The notes: generated by a model from the sequence alone, not told the origin. DNA of 64,000 nucleotides from an uncultured Thermoleophilia bacterium (GCA_963791345.1 CAWBRS010000021.1:656225-720224); one strand, 5' to 3'; shown: positions 1 through 11,090, counted from the first letter of the stretch. Translations and numbers: made by a program.

Positions 1-596
1 TGCGTCGCCAGGAGCAGCGTCGTCCCGCCCCCGACCAGGCGCCGCAGCACGCCGGTGAGGGTGCGCCGCGCCGCCGGGTCGAGGCTCACGAAGGGCTCGT
101 CGAGGAGCAGCAGGCGGGGCCGCATGGCGAGCACGCCGGCGAGCGCCAGGCGGCGCTGCTCGCCGCCGGAGAGCGCGTACGGGTGGCGCTCGCCGAACAC
201 CGCCGGCGGCAGCCCGACGAGCTCGAGGGCGGCCTCGACCGCGGTCGTGACCTCGTCGGCCGGCCAGCCGAGGCGCCGGGGCCCGAACGCCACGTCCTCC
301 CGGGCGGACCCGGCGAAGAGCTGCAGCTCCGGGCGCTGGAAGACGAGCCCGACCTCGCGGCGACGGTCGGCAAAGCCTTCGTCCGTCGCCGCCAGGCCGT
401 CGAGCTCCACCGTGCCGGCTTCGGGCTCGAGGAGCCCTCTCAGCACCTGCAGCAGGGTCGACTTGCCGGCCCCCGTCGCCCCCAGCAAGGCGACCGAGGC
501 GCCCGCGGCGATGCTGAAGCCGACGTCGGTGAGGGCCGGTATCGGCCGCCCGCCCTCGTCGTAGACGACGGTCAGGCCGTGGCAGCGCAGACCCAT
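1..596 (-). CDS. ecfA2: ECF transporter ATPase, second ABC subunit (EcfA2-like); 3' end cut by window edge
   Basis: Not in ORF track because there is no stop inside the window. Own minus-strand translation from ATG 596 gives MGLRCHGLTVVYDEGG..LLGATGAGKSTLLQVL (Walker A)..YALSGGEQRRLALAGVL (ABC signature)..LLLLDEP (Walker B). Lies directly downstream of ecfA1. Alternative GTG start at 677 behind an AGGGGG Shine-Dalgarno. Confidence 0.85.
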   Translation of the reverse strand, partial: MGLRCHGLTVVYDEGGRPIPALTDVGFSIAAGASVALLGATGAGKSTLLQVLRGLLEPEAGTVELDGLAATDEGFADRRREVGLVFQRPELQLFAGSAREDVAFGPRRLGWPADEVTTAVEAALELVGLPPAVFGERHPYALSGGEQRRLALAGVLAMRPRLLLLDEPFVSLDPAARRTLTGVLRRLVGGGTTLLLAT

Positions 597-680
597 GCCG
601 GAGACCGCCGGCGGCGCGCCGGGCCCGGTGGGCCCTCCCGGACGTGCGCCGGCGGCGACCGGCGGCGCGGGCCTCACGCG

Positions 681-1547
681 TCACCCCCTGCGAGCAGTGA
701 CACGAGCTCGTCCAGGGTCAGCGGCAGGGCGGTCCCCGCAGCGCCCGGCGCGGCGCGCCGGCCTGGCGGGCTCCACCTCGGGGCGCCCTCCGAGTGCCAG
801 CGCCACCTCGGCAGCCGGTGGCAGCCCGAGTTGCAGGCGGGTGACGAGGGCGAGGTCGGCGAAGAGCCCCCGCGGCGTCCCGTCGTAGACGGCGGTCCCG
901 CGCTCCAGGGCGACGACGCGGTCGGCGAGACCGACCTCGCCCATCTCCTGGGTCACGTACACGGTGGCCAGGCCCTCCGCGCGCACGCGGCGTACGGCGG
1001 CCAGGACCTCGTCGCGGCCGCCCGGGTCGAGCATCGCCGTGGGTTCGTCGAGCACGAGCACGCGGCGCGGGATCGCGAGCACCCCGGCGAGAGCCGTGCG
1101 CTGCTTCTGACCGCCGGAGAGCAGGTGGGGGGCGCGCTCCCGCAGGCCCCCGAGGTCGAACGCGGCGAGCATCTCCTCGACGCGCGCCTTCATGCGCTCC
1201 GGCGGCCAGCCCAGGTTCTCCAGACCGAACGCCACGTCGGCCTCCACGTCCTCGGCGACGAGCTGGTTCTCGGGGTCCTGGAAGAGGATGCCCACGTCGC
1301 GGCGCGCGTCGAGCCGGCCGCGGGCGTCGAGCAGGTCGTGGCCGCAGACCGCGGCGCGGCGCGCACCCTCGGGCACGGCGAGCCCGGCGAGCAGGCGGGC
1401 GAGGGTCGACTTGCCGGAGCCGTTCGGCCCGACGAGGGCGACGGCCTCGCCCTCGGCGACTCTCAGATCGAGGCCGTCGAGAGCGGGTGAGGAGGCTCCC
1501 GGGTAGGCGAACCGGAGTGCTTCGATGTCGACGAGCGGCGCGCTCAT
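681..1547 (-). CDS. ecfA1: ECF transporter ATPase, first ABC subunit (EcfA1-like)
   Basis: ORF 681..1640. Conserved part starts MSAPLVDIEALRFAYPG (ATG 1547). Walker A GPNGSGKST, signature LSGGQKQRTALAGVL, Walker B VLVLDEPT. The rplQ-ecfA-ecfA order is typical of Gram-positive lineages. Confidence 0.9.
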   Translation of the reverse strand: MSAPLVDIEALRFAYPGASSPALDGLDLRVAEGEAVALVGPNGSGKSTLARLLAGLAVPEGARRAAVCGHDLLDARGRLDARRDVGILFQDPENQLVAEDVEADVAFGLENLGWPPERMKARVEEMLAAFDLGGLRERAPHLLSGGQKQRTALAGVLAIPRRVLVLDEPTAMLDPGGRDEVLAAVRRVRAEGLATVYVTQEMGEVGLADRVVALERGTAVYDGTPRGLFADLALVTRLQLGLPPAAEVALALGGRPEVEPARPARRAGRCGDRPAADPGRARVTARRG

Positions 1548-1753
1548 GTCGGCAAGCTTACCGGGCGCGCGACACCGCGGGCACGCACCCCGCGCCCGAA
1601 CGGAGGCCCGACCGTCGATCCGGGACCGAGGAGGGGGCACGGAGAGCCGGTGGCGGCGACGGCAGGTACGGCGCGGTCGCCCGCCGGGTGCGCAACGGCG
1701 CCGGGGGCGGCGCGGGCCCGAGGGCCCGCGCCGCCCCCGGCGCCGTCACGACC

Positions 1754-2104
1754 TCAGACCAGCTCGAGGTAGACCTGCTCGGAGCCGTCGCCCTGCCGGG
1801 GCCCGAGCTTGATGATGCGCGTGTAGCCACCGGGGCGGTCCTCGTACCGCGGGGCCACGTCATTGAAGAGCTTGTAGACGATCTTCTTGTTGCGCAGCAT
1901 CGAGATCGCTTGACGGCGCGCGTGGAGGTCGCCACGCTTGCCCAGCGTGATCGCCTGCTCGACGACCCCTCGGACCTCCTTGGCGCGCGCCTCACCGGTC
2001 TTGATCTTCTCGTGCTCGAGCAGCTGGCAGGCCAGGCCGCTGAGCAGCAGCCGGCGCTGGGCCGGCGACATGTTGAACTTGCGTCCCTGCTTCTGGTGGC
2101 GCAT
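1754..2104 (-). CDS. rplQ: 50S ribosomal protein L17
   Basis: 116-aa ORF MRHQKQGRKFNMSPAQRRLLL..; last gene of the alpha operon, directly after rpoA. Confidence 0.97.
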   Translation of the reverse strand: MRHQKQGRKFNMSPAQRRLLLSGLACQLLEHEKIKTGEARAKEVRGVVEQAITLGKRGDLHARRQAISMLRNKKIVYKLFNDVAPRYEDRPGGYTRIIKLGPRQGDGSEQVYLELV

Positions 2105-3052
2105 TCAGTCCTCACCCCGCAACCCGAGACCCCGGGCGATCAGCTTCTCCTTGACCTCGTCGATGCTCTTCTTGCCGAAGTTGGGGATGTTGAGCAGCTC
2201 GGCCTCGGTCTTGGAGATGAGGTCGCCGACCGTCTGGATGCCCTCGCGCTTGAGACAGTTGTACGAGCGCACGCCGAGCTCGAGCTCCTCGATCAGCACC
2301 TCGTCCATGCCGCCACCGGCGGGCGACGGCTCGAGGCCCTCGATGGCGAACTCCTCGCTCGGGCGGGCGCGCTCGGGGTCGGCGAAGATCGACAACCGGT
2401 CGACGAGCAGCTCGGCCGCCTCGCGCAGCGCCTCGTCCGGCGACATGGAGCCGTTGGTCGTCACCTCGAGGATCAGCTTGTCGTAGTCGGTGCGCTGCCC
2501 CACGCGGGCGCTGTCGACGTGGTACGACACGCGCTTGATGGGGCTGAAGATCGAGTCGATCGGGATGTCGCCGATGATCATGTCGGGGGTCTTGTTGCCG
2601 TCGGCCGTCACGTAGCCGGTGCCGCGGCGGATGGTCAGCGTCATCTCGAGCAGGCCGCCGTCGGCGAGCGTCGCGATGTGGTGGTCGGGGTTGAGGATCT
2701 CGAGCTCGGCCGGCATGTCGATGTCGGCCGCGACCACCTTGCCGGGCTTGTCCTTGACCAGCCGGACCTGGACCTCGTCGATCTCGCCGTGCAGGCGGCA
2801 GACGATCTCCTTGAGGTTGAGGATCACGTCGGTGACGTCCTCCTTGACCCCCGGCACCGTCGTGAACTCGTGGGCGACGCCCTCGATCTTTACAGAGCTG
2901 ACGGCGGCTCCCTCGAGCGACGAGAGGAGGACGCGGCGCAGCGCGTTGCCGAACGTGTGCCCGAACCCGCGGTCGAGCGGTTCGACCTCGAAGCGCACCC
3001 TGTTGGTGGCCAGTTGTTCGCGCGTGATGTTCGGCATCTGGAAGTGGAGCAC
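2105..3052 (-). CDS. rpoA: DNA-directed RNA polymerase subunit alpha
   Basis: 315-aa ORF. N-terminal domain FGHTFGNALRRVLLSSLEG and C-terminal domain LELGVRSYNCLKREGIQTVGDL. Lies between rpsD and rplQ. Confidence 0.97.
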   Translation of the reverse strand: MLHFQMPNITREQLATNRVRFEVEPLDRGFGHTFGNALRRVLLSSLEGAAVSSVKIEGVAHEFTTVPGVKEDVTDVILNLKEIVCRLHGEIDEVQVRLVKDKPGKVVAADIDMPAELEILNPDHHIATLADGGLLEMTLTIRRGTGYVTADGNKTPDMIIGDIPIDSIFSPIKRVSYHVDSARVGQRTDYDKLILEVTTNGSMSPDEALREAAELLVDRLSIFADPERARPSEEFAIEGLEPSPAGGGMDEVLIEELELGVRSYNCLKREGIQTVGDLISKTEAELLNIPNFGKKSIDEVKEKLIARGLGLRGED

Positions 3053-3098
3053 CTTGCCTCCCTGTCAGGTCTTCGCCGCTGGGGTGCCGCTGCAGCGG

Positions 3099-3719
3099 TT
3101 ACTTCGAGTAAAGCTCGATGATGAGCTGCTCCTGCACCGGCGTGTCGATGTCGTCACGCTCGGGCAGACGCAGGATCTTACCGGTCAGGTTGTCGTGGTC
3201 GGCGAGCAGCCACGGCGCCACCGCGGAGGTGAGGTCGGTGGCGGCGCGCACCGTCTCGACAGCCTTGCTGGAGGGCTTGACCGAGATCACGTCGTCTGGT
3301 CTGACCTGATAGGACGGGATGTCGACCTTGCGCCCGTTGACCAGGAAGTGCGCGTGGCGCACGAGCTGGCGGGCCTGGCGCCGCGAGGCGCCGAACCCCA
3401 GGCGGTACACGACGTTGTCCAGCCGCGTCTCGAGGAGCCGCAGCAGGTTCTCACCGGTGATGCCCTGCCGCCGGCTGGCCTCGACGTAGTACTGGTGGAA
3501 CTGCTTCTCGAGCACCTGGTAGTAGCGCCGCGCCTTCTGCTTCTCGCGCAGCTGCAGGAGGTACTCGGACTGCTTGATGCGCCCGCGGCCGTGCTCGCCC
3601 GGGGGGTATGAGCGCCGCTCGGCGGCGCACTTGTCGCTCAGGCAGCGCTCGCCCTTGAGGAAGAGCTTCTCGCTCTCACGGCGGCACTGCTTGCACTGGG
3701 GTGATGTGTCTCTCGCCAC
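3099..3719 (-). CDS. rpsD: 30S ribosomal protein S4
   Basis: 206-aa ORF with N-terminal Cys cluster [23 protein letters not shown] and an S4 RNA-binding domain; conserved position. Confidence 0.97.
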   Translation of the reverse strand: MARDTSPQCKQCRRESEKLFLKGERCLSDKCAAERRSYPPGEHGRGRIKQSEYLLQLREKQKARRYYQVLEKQFHQYYVEASRRQGITGENLLRLLETRLDNVVYRLGFGASRRQARQLVRHAHFLVNGRKVDIPSYQVRPDDVISVKPSSKAVETVRAATDLTSAVAPWLLADHDNLTGKILRLPERDDIDTPVQEQLIIELYSK

Positions 3720-3731
3720 TGCCGGACCTCG

Positions 3732-4130
3732 TTAGACGCGGCGCCGCTTGCGCGGGCGGCAGCCGTTGTGGGGCACCGGCGTCACGTCTTTGACGCCGAG
3801 GATCTCGAGGCCCGCCGCCTGCAGCGAGCGGACGGCGGTCTCACGACCCGAGCCCGGCCCGCGGACGAAGACCTCGACCTTCTGGAGGCCGTGCTCCATG
3901 CCCTTCTTGGCGCACGACTCGGCCGTCACCTGGGCGGCGAACGGGGTGCTCTTGCGCGAGCCCTTGAACCCGACGGACCCGGCGCTCTCCCAGGCGATGA
4001 CGTTGCCCTCCTGGTCGGTCAACGTCACCAGCGTGTTGTTGAAGGAGGTCTTGATATGCGCCTGACCGATGGCGATGTTCTTGCGGACCCGGCGCCGTGT
4101 GCGCCCTTTCGCTCTCTGAGGCTTGGCCAC
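3732..4130 (-). CDS. rpsK: 30S ribosomal protein S11
   Basis: 132-aa ORF ..[33 protein letters not shown].. Confidence 0.97.
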   Translation of the reverse strand: MAKPQRAKGRTRRRVRKNIAIGQAHIKTSFNNTLVTLTDQEGNVIAWESAGSVGFKGSRKSTPFAAQVTAESCAKKGMEHGLQKVEVFVRGPGSGRETAVRSLQAAGLEILGVKDVTPVPHNGCRPRKRRRV

Positions 4131-4171
4131 TCTGCACTACTCCTGACGACGTCGCTCCGCGGGGAGCGGGC

Positions 4172-4540
4172 TCACTTCTTCTTCTTGCCGACGGTGCGCT
4201 TGGGACCCTTGCGGGTGCGGGCGTTGGTGCGCGTGCGCTGCCCGTCGACCGGCATGCCGCGACGATGGCGGATGCCCCGGTAGCAGCCGATGTCCATGAG
4301 GCGCTTGACGTTCTGCGAACGCTCGCGGCGCAGGTCGCCCTCGACCGTGACTTCGCGGTCGATGGCGTCGCGCAGACGGACGACCTCGTCTTCGGTGAGG
4401 TCGCGGACCTTGGTGTCGGGGTCGATGCCGACGCCGGTCAGGATCTTGTTGGACGTGGAGCGGCCGACGCCGTAGATGTAGGTGAGACCGATCTCGACCC
4501 GCTTCTGCGGCGGGATGTTGACGCCCGCGATTCGTGCCAT
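4172..4540 (-). CDS. rpsM: 30S ribosomal protein S13
   Basis: 122-aa [29 protein letters not shown].. Confidence 0.97.
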   Translation of the reverse strand: MARIAGVNIPPQKRVEIGLTYIYGVGRSTSNKILTGVGIDPDTKVRDLTEDEVVRLRDAIDREVTVEGDLRRERSQNVKRLMDIGCYRGIRHRRGMPVDGQRTRTNARTRKGPKRTVGKKKK

Positions 4541-4547
4541 CTGGACC

Positions 4548-4661
4548 CTACCCCTGCCTCTGGCGATGCCGCGGGTTCGAGCAGATCACCTGCACCGTAC
4601 CGTGCCGGCGGATGATCTTGCACTTCTCGCACATCGGCTTGACTGACGCTCTGACCTTCAT
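4548..4661 (-). CDS. rpmJ: 50S ribosomal protein L36 (zinc-ribbon form)
   Basis: Too short for the track. Own translation [37 protein letters not shown] (37 aa). Lies between infA and rpsM. TAG stop. Confidence 0.9.
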   Translation of the reverse strand: MKVRASVKPMCEKCKIIRRHGTVQVICSNPRHRQRQG

Positions 4662-4731
4662 GCTAGTCCTCGCTCACGGGCGCGCGGCGGCCGCCACGCG
4701 ACACTACCCTTCGGGTGACCGCGGGCGGCCA

Positions 4732-4953
4732 CTACTTGAACCGATAGGTGATCCTGCCCCTGCTGAGGTCGTACGGCGAAAGCTCGACCTTGACCCTGTC
4801 GCCCGGCAGGATGCGGATGTAGTGCATGCGCATCTTGCCGGAGATGTGGGCGAGGACCTCGTGGTCGTTGTCGAGGTGCACGCGGAACATCGTGTTCGGC
4901 AGCGCCTCGACGACCTCGCCTTCGATCTCGATGGCTTCTTCTTTTTGCGCCAT
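4732..4953 (-). CDS. infA: Translation initiation factor IF-1
   Basis: 73-aa ORF ..[67 protein letters not shown] stop. Confidence 0.97.
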   Translation of the reverse strand: MAQKEEAIEIEGEVVEALPNTMFRVHLDNDHEVLAHISGKMRMHYIRILPGDRVKVELSPYDLSRGRITYRFK

Positions 4954-5027
4954 ACTCCCTCTGGCTACGGACAGCGGCCTGCAATACTACCACAAACGGG
5001 AGGCTCGACAAACAAGGGCGGCGAGCC

Positions 5028-5792
5028 TCAGACGCGCTCCTCGCCCGCCCGCCTGGTCAGCACCCGGGGACCGTCGGCGGTGATCGCCACCGTGTGCTCG
5101 AAATGCGCCGACAGCGACCCGTCGCCGGTGTGGATCGCCCAGCCGTCGTCGGCGACGAAGATGTCGTGCGAGCCGGCGTTGACCATCGGCTCGATGGCGA
5201 AGACCATGCCCTCCTCCAGCCGCGGCCCGCGGCCGGGCTCCCCATGGTTGGGGATCTGCGGGTCCTCGTGCATCTCCCGGCCGACCCCGTGGCCGACGAG
5301 CGAGCGCACGACGCTGAAGCCGGCGGCCTCGACGACCTCCTGCACGGCGTGCGAGACGTCGCCGAGGCGACGCCCGGGCCGGCACTCGACGATCGCCGCC
5401 TCGAGCGACTCGCGCGTGACGTCGAGCAGGCGCCGGGCCTCACGGTCGATGTCACCGACCGGCACGGTGAGGGCGGAGTCGGCGACATAGCCCTCGAGCG
5501 TCACGCCGACGTCGAGACTGAGCAGGTCGCCCTCGTCCACGCGCTGTCGGCCCGGGATGCCGTGCACGACCATGTCGTTGGGCGAGGCGCAGATCGAGGC
5601 GGGGAAGCCGCGGTACCCCTTGAAGGTCGGCACCCCGCCGCGGCCGCGGATGAACTCCTCGGCGAGGCCGTCGAGCCTGGCCGTGGTCACCCCGGGGCGG
5701 ACGCTGCCGGCGAGGAGCTCGAGGCACGCGGCCACGACCCTCCCCGCGGCGCCGATGAGCGCGACCTCGCTGGCCGACTTGCGGATGATCAA
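5028..5792 (-). CDS. map: Type I methionine aminopeptidase
   Basis: 254-aa ORF with NDMVVHGIPG, LSLDVGVTLEGYVADSA, LVGHGVGREMHEDPQIPN, FAIEPMV, EHTVAIT. Sits in the adk-map-infA order. Confidence 0.93.
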   Translation of the reverse strand: MIIRKSASEVALIGAAGRVVAACLELLAGSVRPGVTTARLDGLAEEFIRGRGGVPTFKGYRGFPASICASPNDMVVHGIPGRQRVDEGDLLSLDVGVTLEGYVADSALTVPVGDIDREARRLLDVTRESLEAAIVECRPGRRLGDVSHAVQEVVEAAGFSVVRSLVGHGVGREMHEDPQIPNHGEPGRGPRLEEGMVFAIEPMVNAGSHDIFVADDGWAIHTGDGSLSAHFEHTVAITADGPRVLTRRAGEERV

Positions 5793-6463
5793 GAGGCGGC
5801 GGAGTCGAGGATCGCGACGACCTGCTCGAACACCTCGTCGGGCATCTTGCCGCCGCCGGAGGCGGTGCCCAGGATGCCCTGCGGGCGGTAGTGCTCGACC
5901 AGCGGCTCGGTCTGGGCGCGGTAGACGGCGAGCCGGTTGCGCACCGTCGCCTCGTCGTCGTCGGCGCGCTGATACAGCTCGCCGCCGCAGGCGTCGCAGA
6001 CGCCGTCACTGAGCGGCGGGTCGAAGACGACGTGGTAGCTCTTGCCGCAGGCGCGGCAGAGTCGACGCCCGGCGAGGCGCGCGACGAGCTCGTCCTCGGG
6101 CACCTCGAGCTGGATCACGTGCGTCAGGCCGCGCCCGGCCTCGGCCAGCAGCGCGTCGAGGCGCACGGCCTGGGCGATGGTGCGCGGGAAGCCGTCGAGG
6201 AGGAACCCGTCGCGGGCGTCGTCGTCGCCGAGCCGCTCGCCGACGACGCCGATCACGACCTCGTCGGGTACCAGCTCGCCGGCGTCCATGAAGCGCTTCG
6301 CCTCGCGGCCCATCTCGGTGCCCTTGGCGACGGCGGCGCGCAGCATGTCACCGGTGGAGATGTGCGGCAGGCCGTAACGCGCGACGACGCGCTCGGCCTG
6401 CGTGCCCTTGCCGGAGCCGGGCGCGCCGAGGAGCACGACGTTGCGTTCGCGGGGCCTCGCCAT
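5789..6463 (-). CDS. adk: Adenylate kinase (zinc-type LID)
   Basis: 224-aa ORF. P-loop LLGAPGSGKGTQ. LID CRACGKSYH..CDACGGELYQRADD. 4-nt overlap with map. Confidence 0.95.
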   Translation of the reverse strand: MARPRERNVVLLGAPGSGKGTQAERVVARYGLPHISTGDMLRAAVAKGTEMGREAKRFMDAGELVPDEVVIGVVGERLGDDDARDGFLLDGFPRTIAQAVRLDALLAEAGRGLTHVIQLEVPEDELVARLAGRRLCRACGKSYHVVFDPPLSDGVCDACGGELYQRADDDEATVRNRLAVYRAQTEPLVEHYRPQGILGTASGGGKMPDEVFEQVVAILDSAAS

Positions 6464-6472
6464 CGCCGGCCG

Positions 6473-7735
6473 CTACTTGAGGAAGCCCTCGTAGTGGCGC
6501 ATGAGCAGCTGGGCCTCCATCTGGCGCATCGTGTCGAGCGCGACGCCGACGACGATCAGGAGTGACGTGCCGCCGAAGTAGAAGGGCACGTCGAAGTACC
6601 GCGAGAGGATCCACGGCAGGAGCACGATGGCGCCGAGGAAGAGCGCCCCGGGCAGCGTGAGGCGGGTGAGGATGCGGTCGAGGAACTCGGCCGTCGGCCG
6701 CCCCGGGCGCACGCCGGGGATGAAGCCGCCGTACTTCTTCAGGTTGTTGGCCTGGTCGACCGGGTTGAAGGTGACCGCCGTGTAGAAGTAGGTGAACAGG
6801 ATGATGAGGAGGACCTCGCCGACGATGTAGAGGTAGCTCTGCGGCCCGAACGCCGTTGAGATCCACTCGGTCGGGCCGGTCGGGATGAACTGCGCGAGGG
6901 TCGGCGGGATCAGCATGATCGACGAGGCGAAGATCACCGGGATCACGCCGGCCATGTTGACCTTGAGCGGGATGAAGGTGCTGGAGCCGCCCATCATGCG
7001 GCGGCCCACCACGCGCTTGGCGTACTGCACGGGGATGCGGCGCTCGCCGGTCGTGATCCAGATGACGCCGACGATGACCGCGAGGGCGATGATCAGGAAG
7101 CTGATCTGGGCGACGAAGCTGAACGTGGTGAAGAACTGCACGACGCCGCCGGGGATGCTGCTCACGATGCTGATGAAGATCATGATCGACATGCCGTTGC
7201 CGATGCCGCGCGCGGTGATGAGCTCGCCGAGCCACATGACCGCCGTCGTGCCGGCGACCAGCGTGATCACGATGAGCGCGGCGCGCCACCAGTTGAGGTC
7301 GGGCAGCGCGTTGTAGCTGTTGAAGATCGTCAGGTAGCCGACCGACTGGACGAGGGCGAGCCCGACGGTCAGCCAGCGCGTGTACTTCGTGATCTGCTTC
7401 TGGCCCTGCTCGCCCTCCTTGGCCAGCTCCTCGAGCTTGGGGATGACCACGGTGAGGAGCTGCATGATGATCGAGGCGGTGATGTAGGGCATGATGCCCA
7501 GGGCGAAGACCGCCACCTGGCTGAGAGCGCCGCCGGAGAACAGGTTGAGGAGACCGACCACACCGGTGGAGCCGGTCTCGAAGAACTCCTGGAGCGCGTC
7601 GACGTCGACGCCCGGCGTCGGCACCCAGCAGCCGAAGCGATAGATCGCGATCATGCCGGCGGTGAAGAGCAGCTTGGCGCGCAGCTCCGGGATCTTCCAG
7701 GCGTTGACCAGCGACTGCCAGAGCTTGTTGTCCAC
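6473..7735 (-). CDS. secY: Preprotein translocase subunit SecY
   Basis: 420-aa polytopic ORF between rplO and adk; ..GIMPYITASIIMQLL.. TAG stop. Confidence 0.96.
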   Translation of the reverse strand: MDNKLWQSLVNAWKIPELRAKLLFTAGMIAIYRFGCWVPTPGVDVDALQEFFETGSTGVVGLLNLFSGGALSQVAVFALGIMPYITASIIMQLLTVVIPKLEELAKEGEQGQKQITKYTRWLTVGLALVQSVGYLTIFNSYNALPDLNWWRAALIVITLVAGTTAVMWLGELITARGIGNGMSIMIFISIVSSIPGGVVQFFTTFSFVAQISFLIIALAVIVGVIWITTGERRIPVQYAKRVVGRRMMGGSSTFIPLKVNMAGVIPVIFASSIMLIPPTLAQFIPTGPTEWISTAFGPQSYLYIVGEVLLIILFTYFYTAVTFNPVDQANNLKKYGGFIPGVRPGRPTAEFLDRILTRLTLPGALFLGAIVLLPWILSRYFDVPFYFGGTSLLIVVGVALDTMRQMEAQLLMRHYEGFLK

Positions 7736-7754
7736 GATGCTCCCCCCGGCGCCG

Positions 7755-8231
7755 TCAGAGAAGCTCGACGGTGCCGCCGGCGGCCTCGATCTTGGCCCTG
7801 GCGCTCGCCGAGAACAGGTGCATGCGCACGTTCAGCGCCTTGTCGAGGTCGCCGTCGCCGAGGATCTTGATCGGCGTGCGCGTGTTCTTGACGACGCCCT
7901 TCTCGACCAGCGCCTCGGGGGTGACCTCGGCGCCCGCCGCGAAGAGGGCGGCGAGGCGGCCGACGTTGACCGGCACGGCGTAGGTGCGGAACGGCCCGAT
8001 CGGCATGCTCTTCTTGTGGTTCGGCCCGCGCAGCTTGCCGAGCCGCATGTAGAGCGGCATCTGGCCGCCCTCGTAGCCCGGGCGCACGCCGCCGCCGGAC
8101 CGGGCGTTGTAGCCCTTGTGGCCCTTGCCGGCGGTCTTGCCCTGCCCGCTGCCCTTGCCGCGCCCGAGGCGCTTGCGGTCCTTGGTCGATCCCGCGTTGG
8201 GGCGGAGGTCGTGCAGTCCTATCTCAGCCAT
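7755..8231 (-). CDS. rplO: 50S ribosomal protein L15
   Basis: 158-aa ORF with Gly/Lys-rich N-terminus [21 protein letters not shown]; spc operon position. Confidence 0.96.
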   Translation of the reverse strand: MAEIGLHDLRPNAGSTKDRKRLGRGKGSGQGKTAGKGHKGYNARSGGGVRPGYEGGQMPLYMRLGKLRGPNHKKSMPIGPFRTYAVPVNVGRLAALFAAGAEVTPEALVEKGVVKNTRTPIKILGDGDLDKALNVRMHLFSASARAKIEAAGGTVELL

Positions 8232-8232
8232 C

Positions 8233-8424
8233 TCAGCCCTTCGTGACCTCGCGCACCTCGAGCAGGTACGCGATCTTCTTCACCATGCCGCGGATCACGG
8301 GCGTGTCGTCGTGCACGACCGTGTGGCCGATGCGCTTGAGGCCCAGCGCCCGCAGGGTACCCCGATGGTCGGGCTTGCGGCCGATCGAACTCTTCTTCTG
8401 GGTGATCTCGAGCCGCGCCGTCAT
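8233..8424 (-). CDS. rpmD: 50S ribosomal protein L30
   Basis: 63-aa ORF ..[44 protein letters not shown].. Confidence 0.95.
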   Translation of the reverse strand: MTARLEITQKKSSIGRKPDHRGTLRALGLKRIGHTVVHDDTPVIRGMVKKIAYLLEVREVTKG

Positions 8425-8984
8425 GCGGACGCCTCACCGGCCGGGGCCGTCGCCTCCGCCTCGGGGGTCTTCTCGCGCTCGATGCCGAGCACCTGAGAGA
8501 CCGGGATGCCACGCAGCCGCGCGACACCCTCTGGCGTCTTCAGCGACTGCAGGCCCTGCACCGTGCCCCGCACGAGGTTGATGGGGTTCGTCGTACCCAG
8601 GGACTTGGTCAGGATGTCGCGCACCCCGGCCAGCTCGAGCACGGCCCGCACCCCGCCGGCGGCGATGACGCCGGTACCTTCGGAGGCCGGCTTGAGCAGC
8701 ACGCGGGCGGCGCCGTAGCGGCCGATCACCTGGTGGGTGATGGTCGTCTTGTAGCGGGGCACCTTGAAGAGGTTCTTCTTGGCGTCCTCGATCGCCTTCT
8801 GGATCGCCAGAGGGACCTCGCGGGCCTTGCCGTAGCCGGCGCCCACGTGCCCGTCCTCGTCGCCGACGACGACCAGGGCCGTGAACGAGAACCGCCGGCC
8901 GCCCTTGACGACCTTGGCCACGCGGTTGATGTCGACGACGCGCTCCTTGAGCTCGTTGCCCTCGCTATAGACTCCTCGAGCCAC
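8421..8984 (-). CDS. rpsE: 30S ribosomal protein S5
   Basis: 187-aa ORF ..[27 protein letters not shown].. Confidence 0.97.
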   Translation of the reverse strand: MARGVYSEGNELKERVVDINRVAKVVKGGRRFSFTALVVVGDEDGHVGAGYGKAREVPLAIQKAIEDAKKNLFKVPRYKTTITHQVIGRYGAARVLLKPASEGTGVIAAGGVRAVLELAGVRDILTKSLGTTNPINLVRGTVQGLQSLKTPEGVARLRGIPVSQVLGIEREKTPEAEATAPAGEASA

Positions 8985-9002
8985 CTTGCCTCTCTTCCGT
9001 CG

Positions 9003-9356
9003 TCAGAACTCGAGGCCGCCCTCGCGGGCGCCCTCGGCGAGCGCCTTCACGCGCCCGTGGTAGAGATAACCTGACCGGTCGAAGACGACGCTGGCGATAC
9101 CCTTGTCCTTGGCCCGCGTCGCGACCAGCTCGCCGACCTTCTTCGCCACCGCGCTCTTGTCGAGGCCCTTGGTGTCGACCTCGGCGGAGCGCGCCGCGAC
9201 CAGGGTGCGGCCGGCGTCGTCGTCGACGATCTGCGCGTAGATCGCCTTGTTGGAGCGGAAGACCGCGAGGCGCGGCCGCTCGGCCACGCCCGAGATCTTG
9301 CCGCGGACGCGCCGCTTGCGTCGCGCGCGCGCCTCTCTCACGTTCACTGCACTCAT
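9003..9356 (-). CDS. rplR: 50S ribosomal protein L18
   Basis: 117-aa ORF ..[47 protein letters not shown]. Confidence 0.96.
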   Translation of the reverse strand: MSAVNVREARARRKRRVRGKISGVAERPRLAVFRSNKAIYAQIVDDDAGRTLVAARSAEVDTKGLDKSAVAKKVGELVATRAKDKGIASVVFDRSGYLYHGRVKALAEGAREGGLEF

Positions 9357-9387
9357 CGTTCTCGCGGTCCTCTCGTCTTCAGCTCAC

Positions 9388-9921
9388 TCAGGCGCGCTTG
9401 CCGACCTTGCGCTGCACGTGCTCGCCGGCGTAGCGGATGCCCTTGCCCTTGTACGGCTCGGGCGGCCGCACGGCGCGTATCTTGGCGGCGACCTCGCCGA
9501 CCACCTGCTTGTCGATGCCCTTGACCAGCACGACCGTGGGCTGCGGCGTCTCGAAGCTCACATGCTCGGGCGGCTCGACCACCACGGGGTGGCTGTACCC
9601 CACGGCGAGCTCGAGGGTGTCGCCCTTGAGCGTGGCGCGGTAGCCCACGCCGACGATCTCGAGCCGCTTCTCGAACCCCGCCGTGACGCCGTCGACCATG
9701 TTGGCGATCAGCGTGCGCGTGAGGCCGTGCAGCGAGCGGTGCCGGCCCGACTCGGTCGGCCGCATCACCGTGATGACGCCGTCCTTCTGCTCGACGAGCA
9801 TCTCGCGCGGCACGCGCTGGCTCAGCTCGCCCTTCGGGCCCTTGACGGTGACGAGGGCGTCGTCGTAGACCACCTCGACGCCGTCGGGGACCGTGATCGG
9901 TGCTCTTCCTATCCTCGACAT
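9388..9921 (-). CDS. rplF: 50S ribosomal protein L6
   Basis: 177-aa [42 protein letters not shown]. Confidence 0.97.
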   Translation of the reverse strand: MSRIGRAPITVPDGVEVVYDDALVTVKGPKGELSQRVPREMLVEQKDGVITVMRPTESGRHRSLHGLTRTLIANMVDGVTAGFEKRLEIVGVGYRATLKGDTLELAVGYSHPVVVEPPEHVSFETPQPTVVLVKGIDKQVVGEVAAKIRAVRPPEPYKGKGIRYAGEHVQRKVGKRA

Positions 9922-9930
9922 CAGCCGTCC

Positions 9931-10329
9931 TTACCAGATGAAGCAGATGACTTCGCCGCCGACGCCGAGCTTCTTGGCCTCGGCGCTCGTCACGAGGCCG
10001 CGGGACGTGCTGAGGACGGCCGTCCCGAGACCGCCGAGCACCTTCGGCAGCGAGTCCTTGCGCGCGTAGATGCGGCGCCCCGGCTTGGACACACGCTTGA
10101 TGCCCGAGATGACGCGCTCGCGGTTGCGCCCGTACTTGAGCTCGATGCGCAGCACGTCGCCGTGCTCGCCCTGGACGACCTCGTAGCCGGACACGTAGCC
10201 CTGCTCGGTCATGATGCGGGCGATCTCGAGCTTCATGCGCGACGTGGGCATCTCGACGCGCGAGTGCCGCTGGGCGCTCGCGTTGCGCACCCGCGTCAGC
10301 ATGTCGGCGATCGGGTCGGTCATGGACAT
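9931..10329 (-). CDS. rpsH: 30S ribosomal protein S8
   Basis: 132-aa [20 protein letters not shown].. Confidence 0.97.
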   Translation of the reverse strand: MSMTDPIADMLTRVRNASAQRHSRVEMPTSRMKLEIARIMTEQGYVSGYEVVQGEHGDVLRIELKYGRNRERVISGIKRVSKPGRRIYARKDSLPKVLGGLGTAVLSTSRGLVTSAEAKKLGVGGEVICFIW

Positions 10330-10342
10330 CGCGCTCGCCTCC

Positions 10343-10528
10343 TCACCAGCTCGACTTCGTCAGGCCCGGCACGACGCCCTGATGGGCGAGCTCGCGCAGG
10401 CAGATCCGGCAGACGCCGAACTTGCGGTAGTACGCCCTGGGCCGCCCGCAGCGCGAACAGCGGTTGTACTCGCGTGTCCGGTAGCGCTGCCGGCGCGAGG
10501 CCTTCACCACCAGTGATGTCTTGGCCAT
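10343..10528 (-). CDS. rpsN: 30S ribosomal protein S14 type Z (zinc-binding)
   Basis: 61-aa ORF with [20 protein letters not shown] (CxxC..CxxC). Confidence 0.95.
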   Translation of the reverse strand: MAKTSLVVKASRRQRYRTREYNRCSRCGRPRAYYRKFGVCRICLRELAHQGVVPGLTKSSW

Positions 10529-10535
10529 GCTTCAG

Positions 10536-11090
10536 CTACTCCTGGTTGGCGCGGAACGGCATACCGAGCCGAGCGAGGAGCGAACGCGCCTCGTCGTCGG
10601 TCTTCGCCGTCGTTGCGATGACGACATTGAGCCCCCGGGTCTGGTCGACCGAGTCGTAGTCGATCTCGGGGAAGATGGTCTGCTCGCGGACGCCCATGGC
10701 GAAGTTGCCACGGCCGTCGAACTGGCCGGGGTCGATGCCCCGGAAGTCGCGGATGCGCGGCAGCGCGATCGAGACCAGCCGGTCGAGCATCTCGTACATA
10801 CGCTCGCCGCGCAGCGTCACGCGGCAGCCGATCGCCATGCCCTCGCGCAGCTTGAAGCCGGCGATCGACTTGCGCGCCCGGGTGATCGACGGCCGCTGGC
10901 CGGCGATCAGGGCGAGCTCCTCGACGGCGTCGTCCAGCAGCTTCGCATTGGTCTTCGCCTCGCCGACCCCCATGTTGAGGGTGATCTTGGCGATGCGCGG
11001 GACCTGCATGACGTTGTCGTAGCCGAACTCCTCGATGAGCTCCGGCACGACGTCCTTCCGGTACTTGTCCTTGAGCCTCGCCATCATCAC
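10536..11090 (-). CDS. rplE: 50S ribosomal protein L5
   Basis: 184-aa ORF ..[30 protein letters not shown].. TAG stop. Confidence 0.97.
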   Translation of the reverse strand: MMMARLKDKYRKDVVPELIEEFGYDNVMQVPRIAKITLNMGVGEAKTNAKLLDDAVEELALIAGQRPSITRARKSIAGFKLREGMAIGCRVTLRGERMYEMLDRLVSIALPRIRDFRGIDPGQFDGRGNFAMGVREQTIFPEIDYDSVDQTRGLNVVIATTAKTDDEARSLLARLGMPFRANQE